64,000 bases of DNA from an uncultured Candidatus Saccharibacteria bacterium. Lineage in GTDB: Bacteria > Patescibacteriota > Minisyncoccia > Minisyncoccales > GWA2-38-27. The position numbers were made by a program, and so were the translations under genes. Location of the stretch: assembly GCA_964583485.1 (NCBI GenBank), contig CAZOVC010000002.1, positions 2,959 to 66,958 on the forward strand, read 5' to 3'. Of the stretch, positions 38,629 through 48,796 are shown piece by piece; the first letter of the stretch is position 1; every line of letters starts with the position of its first letter. Under the pieces are notes generated by a model. The model worked only from the letters and a program-made list of their open reading frames with translations, was not told the origin of the DNA and searched no databases.

Positions 38629-38817
38629 TTATGTTTCATCTTCAATTTTTTGAATAGCGTCAAAAGGGCAAATTTCCTGACACGTTCCACACTTTTGGCA
38701 TTTGCTTTGGTCAATAAAAGCTTTTCCGTCTTCCCCTATTTTAATTGCTCCGTAAGGACAAGCTTGAAGACAAGCTCCACATCCGGCGCATTTTGACTTG
38801 TTAACTTTGAATTTCAT
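38629..38817 (-). CDS. 2[4Fe-4S] ferredoxin
   Basis: CAGCGACLQACP and CQKCGTCQEICP. Confidence 0.92.
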   Translation of the reverse strand: MKFKVNKSKCAGCGACLQACPYGAIKIGEDGKAFIDQSKCQKCGTCQEICPFDAIQKIEDET

Positions 38818-38831
38818 ATTTTAATAATTTT

Positions 38832-39629
38832 CTAATTTTTTTCTTGTTTAATGAATAGACATTGTTCTTTTTTTGCTTTCCCATCTAAAACTGCTCTGAT
38901 AAACTCATTACAGGATTTAAATCCGCACTTTCCGCAATTCAAATTAGGAACTAAATTTTTCAACTCTTTGCCCTTTAAATATCTTTGTTGAACGGCAGTT
39001 TCATCAATAGTTTTATTTCCATAACAATAACCGCAAATTGCCGAAGGCATAGAATGCTTTAAAGTTAATTTTCCTGTTTTAATTTCCGGAGATGCTTTAA
39101 TAGCTTCAACAATATCAATCACTCCCTCGCCGGTTAACCCATTTACCTCTACTAACTTAGCTTGAGAATTAACACTTAAAATGTTATCTCTAAAAATTTC
39201 TCTCTCGGCTTGTGATATTAAATCTCCCTTGCTGACAGCCACAATATCCGCTTGAGTTAAAATAGGACCATAGCAATCAGGACTTCCAGAAATAACATCT
39301 AAAACGTTAATTCCTAATCCTTCTTTAATATAAGGGGAACAACGAAGACATAGGCCCGCTGTTTCCAAAATAATAATATCTTTATCTCGGTTTTCTTTAA
39401 TAATTTTGGGAATTTCTAAGGCAGTATAATGATCGGGGCAAAGTTCACCGGCTAATTTTTTAACAACCGGAATTTTGTATCTTTCAGAAATAAATTGGTC
39501 ATCTTTGGTATTCAGACAATCAAATTTAGCAAAAAATAATTTAAAGTCAGTTTTTAATTCCTGAATTGCATATTTGATAACACTGGTTTTTCCTGAACCG
39601 GGAGTTCCGGCAAAAATTACAAATTTCAT
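38832..39629 (-). CDS. HypB/UreG-like GTPase with C-terminal Fe-S domain
   Basis: GTPGSGKT, LCPDH, ETAGLC.RCSP, KGD, MP.A.C.YC and NCGKCGFKSC. Confidence 0.85.
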   Translation of the reverse strand: MKFVIFAGTPGSGKTSVIKYAIQELKTDFKLFFAKFDCLNTKDDQFISERYKIPVVKKLAGELCPDHYTALEIPKIIKENRDKDIIILETAGLCLRCSPYIKEGLGINVLDVISGSPDCYGPILTQADIVAVSKGDLISQAEREIFRDNILSVNSQAKLVEVNGLTGEGVIDIVEAIKASPEIKTGKLTLKHSMPSAICGYCYGNKTIDETAVQQRYLKGKELKNLVPNLNCGKCGFKSCNEFIRAVLDGKAKKEQCLFIKQEKN

Positions 39630-39698
39630 ATTATTTCAAGATTATATAATTTTACCTCAGCGAATCAAGGTTCTGCCAAGCGTTAGCAAGGCAGGTTC

Positions 39699-40493
39699 TT
39701 ATTTCACTGGCTCACAAAATATTTCTACTTTTTCAACTTTTTCTCCTCCTCTTATTTTTTCTCTAATTTCTAAGCCATAATTTCCCACCCAATTAAAATA
39801 ATGACCAATACCTTTCTCTTTTAAAGTAGTTTTTAGAATTTTAACAATTCCTCCGTTTTTAACCACGATTCTTTTGTCGGTATTAAAAGCTAAAACAGGA
39901 TCGTGGGTAACAATTAAAACAATTTTCCCTTCCTCTGCTAAAATCTGCATTGCTTTTTCTTTATCAATTCCAGCATTCTCTATCTCATCAATTAAAATAA
40001 TCGGAGAAATACTAACATTAGCGACATCCGAAATCATTAAAGCCCGGCTTTGCCCTCCTGATAAATTCAGGAGATTCATCTCTGGTGAAATTGGTTCGCC
40101 GGTTATCTCGTTCGCTTCTTCAATAACTTCTTTTATTAATTTTGGATTAAATCTTTTCCCCCTGGCTTTCAAATGTAAACTCAAAAAATCTTTGACAGAA
40201 ATGTCTGTTAAAAAGTTCATAGATTGGGCCAAAGAGGCAATCAGTTTTCTTTTTGGGTCAAATCGTAATTTTTTATCCACCCTTTTATCATTTATTAAGA
40301 TCACTCTCTTACTTTTGGTATCGCCTTGAGCCAACCTTTCAATATCATAAAGAAGTTGGCTTTTTCCTGCTCCGGTTTGTCCTACAATAGCTACAATTTC
40401 TCCTTTTTTAATCTCAATTCTTTCAAATTTTTCTTTTTCCTCAAACTTATTTACTCCCGGTAAAATAGTAATTTTTTCGATTTCGGTTTTCAT
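39699..40493 (-). CDS. Soluble ABC-type ATPase partnered with the HypB-like GTPase
   Basis: GQTGAGKS, LAQGDT, LSGGQSRALMI and DEIENAG motifs. Confidence 0.85.
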   Translation of the reverse strand: MKTEIEKITILPGVNKFEEKEKFERIEIKKGEIVAIVGQTGAGKSQLLYDIERLAQGDTKSKRVILINDKRVDKKLRFDPKRKLIASLAQSMNFLTDISVKDFLSLHLKARGKRFNPKLIKEVIEEANEITGEPISPEMNLLNLSGGQSRALMISDVANVSISPIILIDEIENAGIDKEKAMQILAEEGKIVLIVTHDPVLAFNTDKRIVVKNGGIVKILKTTLKEKGIGHYFNWVGNYGLEIREKIRGGEKVEKVEIFCEPVK

Positions 40494-41323
40494 AAATTAA
40501 AATTTAGTAATTTCCCTTTTGAATAAGCTTTAACAATTTTTTTTGAATAAGGAATTTCTTTTTCTATTTTTATTTTATATTTTCTAAGAATAGAAGAAAT
40601 TTTTCTTTTATCTCCCAGGTCAGCTTGATTTAAAATTACTTTAACTGGCACTCCAAGTTTTTGGCATAAATCCAAAATCAAATTTAAATCATAAACACCC
40701 ATTGGGGTAGGTTCAGTAACAGCATAAGCCAAATCACAATCCAAAAGAGCGGAAATTACCGGACAGTGAGTGCCAGCAGCCGTATCAAGCAAAACGTAAT
40801 CTGCCTTAATTTTTTCAGCAAAGTTCAAAGCAAATTTTTTGGTTTGAGTTACCACAGGACCCGTTTCCTCAAGACCTGGTTTGGCAACGCCAGTTACTAA
40901 CCAGTAATCTTTTTTAATTTTATTTAAAAAGACCTGCCCGACTTCCTCCTTTTTTGGCTGAATGGCTTTATGCGGACAGACTATCCAGCAAGCTCCACAG
41001 CCAGAACATAAATCTTTAATAAATATTGGATATTCCCCTGGAGCTTGAAAAACAGCATTACTTCGGCAGGTAGTAACACATAATCCGCATTTTTTACATT
41101 TTGTTTTATCTAATGTCGGAAATTCAGCGTATATTTTCTTTTCTGACTTTTGAATCTTAACTCCTATTAACAAATAATCATTGGGGCATTCAACGTCGCA
41201 GTCAACTAAAACAACTTTTTTGCCCTTTTTGACAAAATTATTTGCCATCAAAACAGCAACAGTTGACTTGCCAGTTCCTCCTTTTCCTCCCGTGATTGCT
41301 ATGGTTTTAATTCTTTTGGCCAT
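40490..41323 (-). CDS. MinD-family ATPase with ferredoxin insert (second paralog)
   Basis: GGKGGTGKS, DCDVECPN, two Cys clusters, GTHCPV. Confidence 0.9.
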   Translation of the reverse strand: MAKRIKTIAITGGKGGTGKSTVAVLMANNFVKKGKKVVLVDCDVECPNDYLLIGVKIQKSEKKIYAEFPTLDKTKCKKCGLCVTTCRSNAVFQAPGEYPIFIKDLCSGCGACWIVCPHKAIQPKKEEVGQVFLNKIKKDYWLVTGVAKPGLEETGPVVTQTKKFALNFAEKIKADYVLLDTAAGTHCPVISALLDCDLAYAVTEPTPMGVYDLNLILDLCQKLGVPVKVILNQADLGDKRKISSILRKYKIKIEKEIPYSKKIVKAYSKGKLLNFNL

Positions 41324-42504
41324 TCTTTTATTATTTCTACCTCAATGCCAAAGTTTTCTAAATTTTGTTTAGCATTATCACCAATCTGTTGCGCTAAAAC
41401 TTTGTCCGCCCTCACTGCTTTGGTAAATCTTGCTCCATGAGGAGAACCTTGCTCAAAGTAGGGATTTTTAATCACTTTTTTTAATAAAATATTTCCATCT
41501 TTTTTATCTATAACTAAATACTGACCCGCGCCGAATTGTGAACTTAGTTCTTTATTTTCTAAAGGGATAATAATTCTTTCTCCCATTTTCTTAGGCCCGA
41601 TTTGCTCAAAGCCTTCCAGCGCTCCTATTCTCTTTCCCAGTTTAGGCAAAACAACGCTCCTGGCGAGCTCATAAGCCTCAATAGAAATAACTATTTGCTT
41701 TAATTCTGGAATATTTGTGAGCAATCTTTCCTCTAAAGTACTGATTATTTTTTGAACATCTTCAACTTTTAATTTTGGAGCCAGTTTAATTTTTATTTCA
41801 GCGAAATTAAAAGCTCCAATTTTTCTGGTTTTTAAATTAGAAATTTCTATTTTGTGGGAAGAACAAATCTTTTCAATTCTTCCTTCTACGTCTTTATTAG
41901 CTACATCCAGCAAAGAATCAGTAATCTCTCTTCCCACTCTAAATGCCTCATAGAGAATATAGCCGCCAATAAATAAAGCAATTATGGCATCCGCTGAATT
42001 GAAATATCTAACTAAACTAAGCCCCGCTAAAACACCAATTGAACTAAGAACGTCAGCTCTTGAATGCTCGGCATCAGCAACCAGGGCTAAACTTTGATGC
42101 TTTCTTCCGTAATGAAATTTTAATCTGGCTAAAACTTCTGTAATTAGAATGGAGATAACTACCACTGCTATTGCCCCAACACTAAGTTTGACTATTTTTT
42201 CTTCAAAAAATCCCGTAACTGCTTCATACAAAATCCAAATACCAGATACCGCCAGCAATAGAGCTACCAAAAAACCAGCCAAACTTTCTGCTTTCCAATG
42301 GCCGTAAGGGTGTTTTTCATCAACTGGCTTTCTGGCTATCTTCAATCCCAAAAAAGTAATAAAAGAAGAAAAAACATCCAAACCAGAATGTACTCCATCG
42401 GCAATTAAAGCCACACTGCCAATTAAAAAACCAAAAATTAGCTTAGATATTCCTAAACCTAAATTAACAAAAATGCTGATTATTGAAACAGATTGAGGGT
42501 TCAT
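41299..42504 (-). CDS. Cation diffusion facilitator fused to a NifB/NifX-like C-terminal domain
   Basis: ADGVHS..D, HPYGH.KAE, ADAEHSRAD; tail SSQFG...IGDNA; start set at MNPQ. Confidence 0.88.
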   Translation of the reverse strand: MNPQSVSIISIFVNLGLGISKLIFGFLIGSVALIADGVHSGLDVFSSFITFLGLKIARKPVDEKHPYGHWKAESLAGFLVALLLAVSGIWILYEAVTGFFEEKIVKLSVGAIAVVVISILITEVLARLKFHYGRKHQSLALVADAEHSRADVLSSIGVLAGLSLVRYFNSADAIIALFIGGYILYEAFRVGREITDSLLDVANKDVEGRIEKICSSHKIEISNLKTRKIGAFNFAEIKIKLAPKLKVEDVQKIISTLEERLLTNIPELKQIVISIEAYELARSVVLPKLGKRIGALEGFEQIGPKKMGERIIIPLENKELSSQFGAGQYLVIDKKDGNILLKKVIKNPYFEQGSPHGARFTKAVRADKVLAQQIGDNAKQNLENFGIEVEIIKEWPKELKP

Positions 42505-42905
42505 ATTCTTCCTCGACCTCTCCTTCTCTGACCAGGTCCTGCTCCAAAACCAGGCCCGCAAGGCGCTGCTCCTTTCGCCTCTTGAAGCTTGCCTCTCTGA
42601 TATTCTTGAAGAACGTCTCGCACACTCATTGCTGGATTACCGAGAAAAATCTTTATTCCAGAAGTGCCTAAAACCATTGAAGCGTTAGGTCCAACATTTC
42701 CAGTAATCACTATCTCAACTTTCTCCTTAGCTACAATTTGGGCAGCCGAAATACCAGCGCCTCTCATCGCCTGCACCCCGGTATTTTTAATTGTTTTAAT
42801 TAGTTTTCCCTTATCACTAACAATCAAAAAATACATCGCTCTGCCAAAACGAGGGTCTAAAGCTGTATCTAAATTATTACCGGTAGCGCTAATACAAATT
42901 TTCAT
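42501..42905 (-). CDS. NifB/NifX family protein
   Basis: DPRFGRA.YF, GAGI.AAQ and ITGNVGPNA motifs. Confidence 0.92.
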   Translation of the reverse strand: MKICISATGNNLDTALDPRFGRAMYFLIVSDKGKLIKTIKNTGVQAMRGAGISAAQIVAKEKVEIVITGNVGPNASMVLGTSGIKIFLGNPAMSVRDVLQEYQRGKLQEAKGAAPCGPGFGAGPGQRRRGRGRI

Positions 42906-42910
42906 AATAT

Positions 42911-42947
42911 TTTATCCCCACTACCAAAATTTGGTGTGGGGATTTAT
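42911..42947. repeat. Intergenic copy of the lysS/GtrA palindromic element
   Basis: TTTATCCCCACTACCAAAATTTGGTGTGGGGATTTAT. Confidence 0.88.
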
Positions 42948-43168
42948 CTGGTTCTGGTCATTGCCCCGCCGCATTTAGGGCATTTGTGTTCATAGCAAGG
43001 CACTCCTCTTTGATGAGGCGTTTTTGTCCCACAACTTGGACAAACACATTCACCCCCAGGACCTAAACCGTAACCACCGGACTGACGACCACGACCGCCG
43101 CCCCTGCCTAAACCTTGTCCTGTTCCTGGCCCCTGACCAGCAGGACCTGTACCATTAAAATTTGGCAT
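42944..43168 (-). CDS. DUF5320-like Gly-rich protein with Zn ribbon
   Basis: MP..NGTGP.G.GP.TG, CVCPSCG..H.RG.PC...CPKCG. Confidence 0.8.
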   Translation of the reverse strand: MPNFNGTGPAGQGPGTGQGLGRGGGRGRQSGGYGLGPGGECVCPSCGTKTPHQRGVPCYEHKCPKCGGAMTRTR

Positions 43169-43169
43169 A

Positions 43170-43427
43170 TTATTTTTTCTTTTTTAGTTCCTCAAGTCGG
43201 TCCTCAAAAACCTTCATCTGTTCTTTCAACGCATTCATATCTTCTTGAATCATTTCTTTTTCTTCTTTAGCAGTCGGCTGAGCTGCAGGATAATACCCCC
43301 AACGCCTCCAACCCCTTCCTCTGCCAAACCAACCTCGCCCAAAACCAATTCCGCCTCCGCAAGGGCCTAAACCTCTTCCCGTCATTGGACCTTGACTTAA
43401 AGGACCCGTTCCATCTCTAAATGGCAT
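43170..43427 (-). CDS. DUF5320 family protein
   Basis: [20 protein letters not shown] followed by coiled coil. Confidence 0.85.
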   Translation of the reverse strand: MPFRDGTGPLSQGPMTGRGLGPCGGGIGFGRGWFGRGRGWRRWGYYPAAQPTAKEEKEMIQEDMNALKEQMKVFEDRLEELKKKK

Positions 43428-43626
43428 GATTTTTTTACTCTTAATTTTATTATATACAATAATCGACCTTTATCTCGTAGAAAAACGAAATTTCTCTTTC
43501 GGATTCTCTATTTTGATTATAAACCCATAACCATACGGTGTCAACACTCTATTTATCCCCAACTTACTCCGCGGGATAAGGACTGTTAGAATCTGTTTAT
43601 TAAACCTATAAATAAAGCGCTTCTTG

Positions 43627-44046
43627 TTATTGCTGCGGTGGAGTTATTTCCGGTCTCAATTGAATTGATTGAGCAGCAATACTTCCATCTGAATTAACAG
43701 CGCCGTTTACAGTAATATTTTTGCCAATTTCAAGATCGCTCAAAGCGCCTTCTGCAGATTTTGTAATTTCCATAGAATCAGACAAGAATACGATTTTTGA
43801 TCCCCCGTCCTGAATCTTAAGCGTAATGCTTTTGTCGTCTTGGGAAATAATTTCTCCAACAATTAATCCGCCTCGAAAGCCACCGCCACCATTTACGCCA
43901 GGCTCTCTTAATCTTTGCGAATCTTGAAAATCCGCTTGAAGGAAACGACCTTGAGGGCTTTTACTATCAGCATATTTCATCCCACCATAAAATGAACCAC
44001 CTCCAACTACTACTAACGAAATTATAATAATAATTATTTTTTTCAT
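43627..44046 (-). CDS. DUF5666-like exported OB-fold protein
   Basis: TM, FYGGM.Y, GEII..D, V.G..NSDGS..A..IQ. Confidence 0.7.
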   Translation of the reverse strand: MKKIIIIIISLVVVGGGSFYGGMKYADSKSPQGRFLQADFQDSQRLREPGVNGGGGFRGGLIVGEIISQDDKSITLKIQDGGSKIVFLSDSMEITKSAEGALSDLEIGKNITVNGAVNSDGSIAAQSIQLRPEITPPQQ

Positions 44047-44081
44047 ATAATTTTTTAGTTATGATTAATTAATTGATTTAT

Positions 44082-45299
44082 TTATTCATATCTTAACGCT
44101 TCTATTGGATTCAATGACGCCGCTCGTCTTGCTGGATAATAGCCAAAGACGATCCCGATTGTGGCTGACACCCCGAACGCAAGAATAATTGCTTGAACAG
44201 AGACCTGAGTGGCAATGCCGGTAAATTGAGTAACAAGAATTGAGATAATCCATCCAAGGATTATGCCCATCGCGCCTCCCAAAAAAGTGAGCGTTACTGC
44301 TTCGGCGAGAAACTGTATTGAAATATCTTTTTTCTTCGCGCCTATGGATTTACGGAGTCCGATTTCGCGCGTACGTTCGGTTACGGTTGTAAGCATCATA
44401 TTCATAATGCCAATACCACCGACGATGAGTGAAATGCCAGCAATAGCAGCAAGTAGAATTGTAAAAGTATCAGTAACTTGTGTTGCTGCTCCAACAATAT
44501 CTGCCTGTGAGACAATAGAAAAATCCGGGCTTTGTGGATCAACACTATGCTTGTCAGCAAGCATAAGAGTTGCTTCCTGTTGAACTTGAGGCATAAGACC
44601 CTTGGTCTCAACACTTATTGCAATAGATGAAAGATAATCCCCGCCAGCTAAAATTTTCTGCATAGTAATAAGCGGCACAAATACAGTATCATCAGAATTA
44701 AAAAAACCCGCACCACCCTTTGGCTGAAGCACCCCGACAACTTTAAAGTTAAGCTTATTGATGCGTATAGTTTTACCAATTGGATCTTGATATTCAAATA
44801 GATCAGTGGCAACAGTAGAGCCTAATACTGCGACCCGGCCTACACTTCGCATATTGTTTTCAGTAATAAAAGAGCCATTTTCTACTGATACATTCCGCAC
44901 TTCGGCATATTCGGGAGACACGCCAATTACTGTTGAATTAGTATTGTTTCCTAAGGGTGAAATGATTTGATATCGTCCTTGCCGTTCCGGCGATATATAT
45001 GCTATTCCAGCGACTTGACGAAGCGTATCAACATCATCATTTATGAGTGTTTGCGCCGAACCACGACCTTGAGACACAAAACCTTTACCCTGTTGGGAAA
45101 ACCCAGGACTTACAGTAAGTAAATTTGAACCAAGACTTTCAATACTTGATTGAATTTGTCCCGATGCGCCTTGACCAATAGAAACCATAGCGATAACCGA
45201 ACCAATGCCGATGACAATACCAAGAACTGTAAGACCAGACCTCGCCTTATTTGCTGAAAGAGCGGTATATATTTCTTGAAAAATATCTTGAACTTTCAT
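44082..45299 (-). CDS. MacB/FtsX-like ABC permease
   Basis: RS.LT.LGIVIG, GGIGIMN.M..VTERTREIG and PARRAA.L.PIEALRYE. Confidence 0.93.
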   Translation of the reverse strand: MKVQDIFQEIYTALSANKARSGLTVLGIVIGIGSVIAMVSIGQGASGQIQSSIESLGSNLLTVSPGFSQQGKGFVSQGRGSAQTLINDDVDTLRQVAGIAYISPERQGRYQIISPLGNNTNSTVIGVSPEYAEVRNVSVENGSFITENNMRSVGRVAVLGSTVATDLFEYQDPIGKTIRINKLNFKVVGVLQPKGGAGFFNSDDTVFVPLITMQKILAGGDYLSSIAISVETKGLMPQVQQEATLMLADKHSVDPQSPDFSIVSQADIVGAATQVTDTFTILLAAIAGISLIVGGIGIMNMMLTTVTERTREIGLRKSIGAKKKDISIQFLAEAVTLTFLGGAMGIILGWIISILVTQFTGIATQVSVQAIILAFGVSATIGIVFGYYPARRAASLNPIEALRYE

Positions 45300-45300
45300 T

Positions 45301-46020
45301 TTAGGTTGTGATGTTGTAATTATTAATAACGCGCCGATTTTTCACCCTTCCATCTTCCACGATGTTCCCATCACGAATATGAATAATACGTTCGGCATGC
45401 TCGGCAACATATTGTTCGTGAGTAATTAAAACAATCGTGCGACCTTGTTCTTGGTGAAGCCGTTGAAAAGTATCAAGCACCACTTCGCCGGTTTTGGTAT
45501 CAAGATTACCTGTCGGCTCATCGGCAAGCACGAGCGTCGGATTATTAACTAAAGCGCGGGCAATAGCGACTCTTTGCGCCATTCCACCAGAAAGTTGATT
45601 GGAATAATGATTCCAAAAGTTTTCTGGAAAGGCCGAACCACGCAAGGCCTCCTTTGCTTTATTTTCCCGTTCTTCTTTAGAGACGCCGGCGTATACTAAA
45701 GGAAGCATTACATTGCGAAGCACAGTGGTTCGTGGCAAAAGATTGAACGTCTGAAACACGAAGCCAATTTTTTGTACCCGAATATCTGCCAGTTCGTCAT
45801 CGGATAATTTTGACACGTCTTTGTTATTAAGTAAATATTGACCATTAGTAGGTGTATCTAAACATCCAATGATATGCATTAATGTTGACTTGCCAGAACC
45901 AGAAGGTCCCATAATAGCGACGAATTCGCCGTCATTGATTTTGAACGACGCGCTTTTGAGCGCGTGCGTTTCTATCTCTCCATTTTTGTAAATTTTGGCG
46001 ATATTTTTGCATTCAATCAT
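45301..46020 (-). CDS. MacB/LolD-like ABC ATPase
   Basis: GPSGSGKS, LSGG..QRVAIAR and DEPTGNLD. Confidence 0.95.
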   Translation of the reverse strand: MIECKNIAKIYKNGEIETHALKSASFKINDGEFVAIMGPSGSGKSTLMHIIGCLDTPTNGQYLLNNKDVSKLSDDELADIRVQKIGFVFQTFNLLPRTTVLRNVMLPLVYAGVSKEERENKAKEALRGSAFPENFWNHYSNQLSGGMAQRVAIARALVNNPTLVLADEPTGNLDTKTGEVVLDTFQRLHQEQGRTIVLITHEQYVAEHAERIIHIRDGNIVEDGRVKNRRVINNYNITT

Positions 46021-46024
46021 AATA

Positions 46025-47848
46025 TTATCTCATCATACGAATTCCGCCAGTTCCGCCAGTGTTAAAACCAGGCGCTTGGACAGAAGAGGAGTTTTGTTGT
46101 ATCTGCGTGGACTGCGCAGAAGTTGGCTGAATAGTTCTTGTGACAATCACATCTCCCTCCTGAAGTCCTTTTAAAATCTCGGTGAATTCATCATTGGAAA
46201 GACCAATTTCTACTTGCTGCTGACGAGTAGGGTTTTCAAAAACCGCACCGCTTACATTAGCGGCCGCAACAGACATATCGAAATCATCGGGGATCTCCAC
46301 GTAACTTATCCCACCCTGTGACTTCACAGCAGAATTCGAAACAAGAAGAACATTTGGTTTTGCATCTGTAATAATCGCAGCTGTAACGCTCATACCTGGT
46401 TTAACTAATTCGTTCATCGTATCCAGAGTGACGATAATATCATAAGTAACCAGTCCTTGATTTGTTGAAGCAATGCTCGCAATGTCGGTTACTTTTCCTG
46501 TGAGCGTTAGTCCATCCATGATATCAAAAGTTAAAGTAACCGGCTGATTTAATTTTACTTTCGCAATGTCTATTTCATTAAGAGCCAAATTCGCTATATA
46601 TTGCTTGGTCATTAATGTTGCAAGAGTTGTGGAAGAAGAAACAGAATCGCCAACTTTAATATCAATTTCTTCAATAACGCCGTCAAATGGAGCGCGAATA
46701 AAATGGCCAGCAAGCTTTTCTTTAGCATCCAAAAGCGCTGATTCTTTTTGGGCTACAATATTTTCCTGAGACCTGATGTCTCTAGAATCAACTCCAGCCA
46801 TTAGTTCTTCAAGAGCCAGCTTTCTCTCATCAAATTTTTCCTGAGCAGATTGTAATGCCCACTCAGAATCTTCAATTTTCTCAGGAGTGTTTTCTATAGT
46901 ATCATCAATAGTATCTTTAATATCTTGAAGAGAACTTATATTAGAGGAAACAGAAGAAGCATCGCTTTCAATTTTGGGCTTCATTTTATCAATATGAGAA
47001 GATATATTAAGATGCTGATAATCTTTAAGTATAATCGCATCAAACATATGGCGAGCGCTGTCTAGGGTTTGAGAAATTGCTCGAGTCGTCTCAAGAGTAT
47101 CGTTTATCAGCTCATCAACGGTATCGCGGTCATCGTCTTGAAAAACAGTTATAAAAAATGCATAGTTTTTATTAAAAAGATTATTAGCTCTATAATAATC
47201 GCTCAAGAGTTTTTGCGTGAATAAAGATCCCTGGCCCAATATCAGTTCGTACCCAGAAATATGCTTTTCAGCGCTTGGTTCTGTTCCCAATACGTCTTTC
47301 AGGTCTTTCATATAATTAGATAACTTAAGAAAAACAGCGACAACAGTATTGTAGCCGTCTTCGTAAGCTGTTACCAACAAGCTTTCGGTATCTATTTCAA
47401 TATTTTCATAGCTTTCTTTCGCCTTATTCAAATCACGTTTTGCCTGAGCTAAAGCGACCTCGGCCTGACGTAGAGATTGAGCATCGGGTTGAGAAAGAAG
47501 ATCATCCAATTTTTCTTTGGCATCATCTAAGGCAATTTCAGCATCACTTACCGAACGCTCTGTGTCCCGTGGATCAGTAACGGCTAAAAGAGATCCTTTC
47601 TTCACCTCTTGCCCTTTTGTTACATATACAGCAATAATCTTGCCAGAAACTTCCGGCTTCAGGTCAATTTGATCGGAAACATCAATCTGACCATTTCCAG
47701 AGATTGAAATGATAAGTGTGCCTTTTTGAACTTGCGCAGTTGCATAGCGAACCATACCATCATTGCTAAAAATTTTTGTGTAGCCGAAATATCCACCAGT
47801 GATAATCAACATTAAAATTATTACTGTTATAAATTTATGTTTAAACAT
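46025..47848 (-). CDS. Efflux periplasmic adaptor (MacA/HlyD-like) with long coiled coil
   Basis: Lipoyl halves (SGKI..V.V..GQ.V.KG; RAPFDG), KPGMS, GL.EGD. Confidence 0.9.
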   Translation of the reverse strand: MFKHKFITVIILMLIITGGYFGYTKIFSNDGMVRYATAQVQKGTLIISISGNGQIDVSDQIDLKPEVSGKIIAVYVTKGQEVKKGSLLAVTDPRDTERSVSDAEIALDDAKEKLDDLLSQPDAQSLRQAEVALAQAKRDLNKAKESYENIEIDTESLLVTAYEDGYNTVVAVFLKLSNYMKDLKDVLGTEPSAEKHISGYELILGQGSLFTQKLLSDYYRANNLFNKNYAFFITVFQDDDRDTVDELINDTLETTRAISQTLDSARHMFDAIILKDYQHLNISSHIDKMKPKIESDASSVSSNISSLQDIKDTIDDTIENTPEKIEDSEWALQSAQEKFDERKLALEELMAGVDSRDIRSQENIVAQKESALLDAKEKLAGHFIRAPFDGVIEEIDIKVGDSVSSSTTLATLMTKQYIANLALNEIDIAKVKLNQPVTLTFDIMDGLTLTGKVTDIASIASTNQGLVTYDIIVTLDTMNELVKPGMSVTAAIITDAKPNVLLVSNSAVKSQGGISYVEIPDDFDMSVAAANVSGAVFENPTRQQQVEIGLSNDEFTEILKGLQEGDVIVTRTIQPTSAQSTQIQQNSSSVQAPGFNTGGTGGIRMMR

Positions 47849-47850
47849 AT

Positions 47851-48288
47851 TTATTTAAAAATTCTTATAAGTTTGGCTTCAATTTGACCTTCTTCATTCG
47901 GCGATCCAATAATGACCACGCAATCGCCAACTTTCAAACCATCTTTTACGGTTTCCATCCCTTTTTTGATTACCGTATCTTGGGTGGTTATAACTATCTT
48001 TTCCATATCGCCGCGACCCTTAATAACAAAACCGTTATCTTTGAGTTCAATAATTTCTCCGAACGCGCCGTGACCTTCAATAAAATCTCCGGGCAAAGGC
48101 GGCATTTTTTGCCAATCGCCGAAAAATCCGCCTCGCGGTCCGGCAAAGTTTTTGTGATAACCTTCTGCCCATTGATAAGAAAACTTTACTTTCATTCCGC
48201 CAACAAACATACCGGCGCTAAATATTAAAACAACCACCGCAAAACCGGCAAGACCAATAATAATCCATTTAAGAACATCTTTATGCAT
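47851..48288 (-). CDS. DUF5666-like exported protein
   Basis: TM followed by HG.FGEI...G.P...GQI.A..IR. Confidence 0.7.
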   Translation of the reverse strand: MHKDVLKWIIIGLAGFAVVVLIFSAGMFVGGMKVKFSYQWAEGYHKNFAGPRGGFFGDWQKMPPLPGDFIEGHGAFGEIIELKDNGFVIKGRGDMEKIVITTQDTVIKKGMETVKDGLKVGDCVVIIGSPNEEGQIEAKLIRIFK

Positions 48289-48697
48289 AAATTTTTAGAT
48301 ATCTTAATAATAATCTTTTTTTGTATAAAAATAAGCGAAGGGTAAAAACAGATATTCCAAGACTTACTGTAAAAGCCATCATACCCATAAGCGGTAATGA
48401 TTCAAGTATGGCTAAGCTAAAATCTTGCCACATAGCTAAAAACATTCCAAAATCACTTACTGCGGTAGAGACAAAATAAAGAATTCCAGAATTATCTACT
48501 TGAGTTACAAGCATCGCTCCAGAAATAGGTGTGGCAATTAAAGAGATTAATAAAAGAGATAAAAATCCAAACAGCAATCTTTTGGTATGTCGCAGTTCCT
48601 GCTCTCGCTTAATTACAAGAATGATACGGTCAAAAAGACCTACAGGCGGTTCTTTGGGTTTAAGATTAGTAAAAAGTTTTTCAAAATCTTTACGCAT
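48281..48697 (-). CDS. Putative membrane anti-sigma factor
   Basis: Directly downstream of ECF sigma; P.GL..RI motif plus TMs. Confidence 0.6.
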   Translation of the reverse strand: MRKDFEKLFTNLKPKEPPVGLFDRIILVIKREQELRHTKRLLFGFLSLLLISLIATPISGAMLVTQVDNSGILYFVSTAVSDFGMFLAMWQDFSLAILESLPLMGMMAFTVSLGISVFTLRLFLYKKRLLLRYLKIYA

Positions 48698-48796
48698 AGT
48701 TCGACAAGCTCACTACAAGCATCTCTACTTATTAATACGATAAAAGGATGCATTTTGGTGCATCCTTTTGTTACTAAAAGTTTAAATATACTATTT

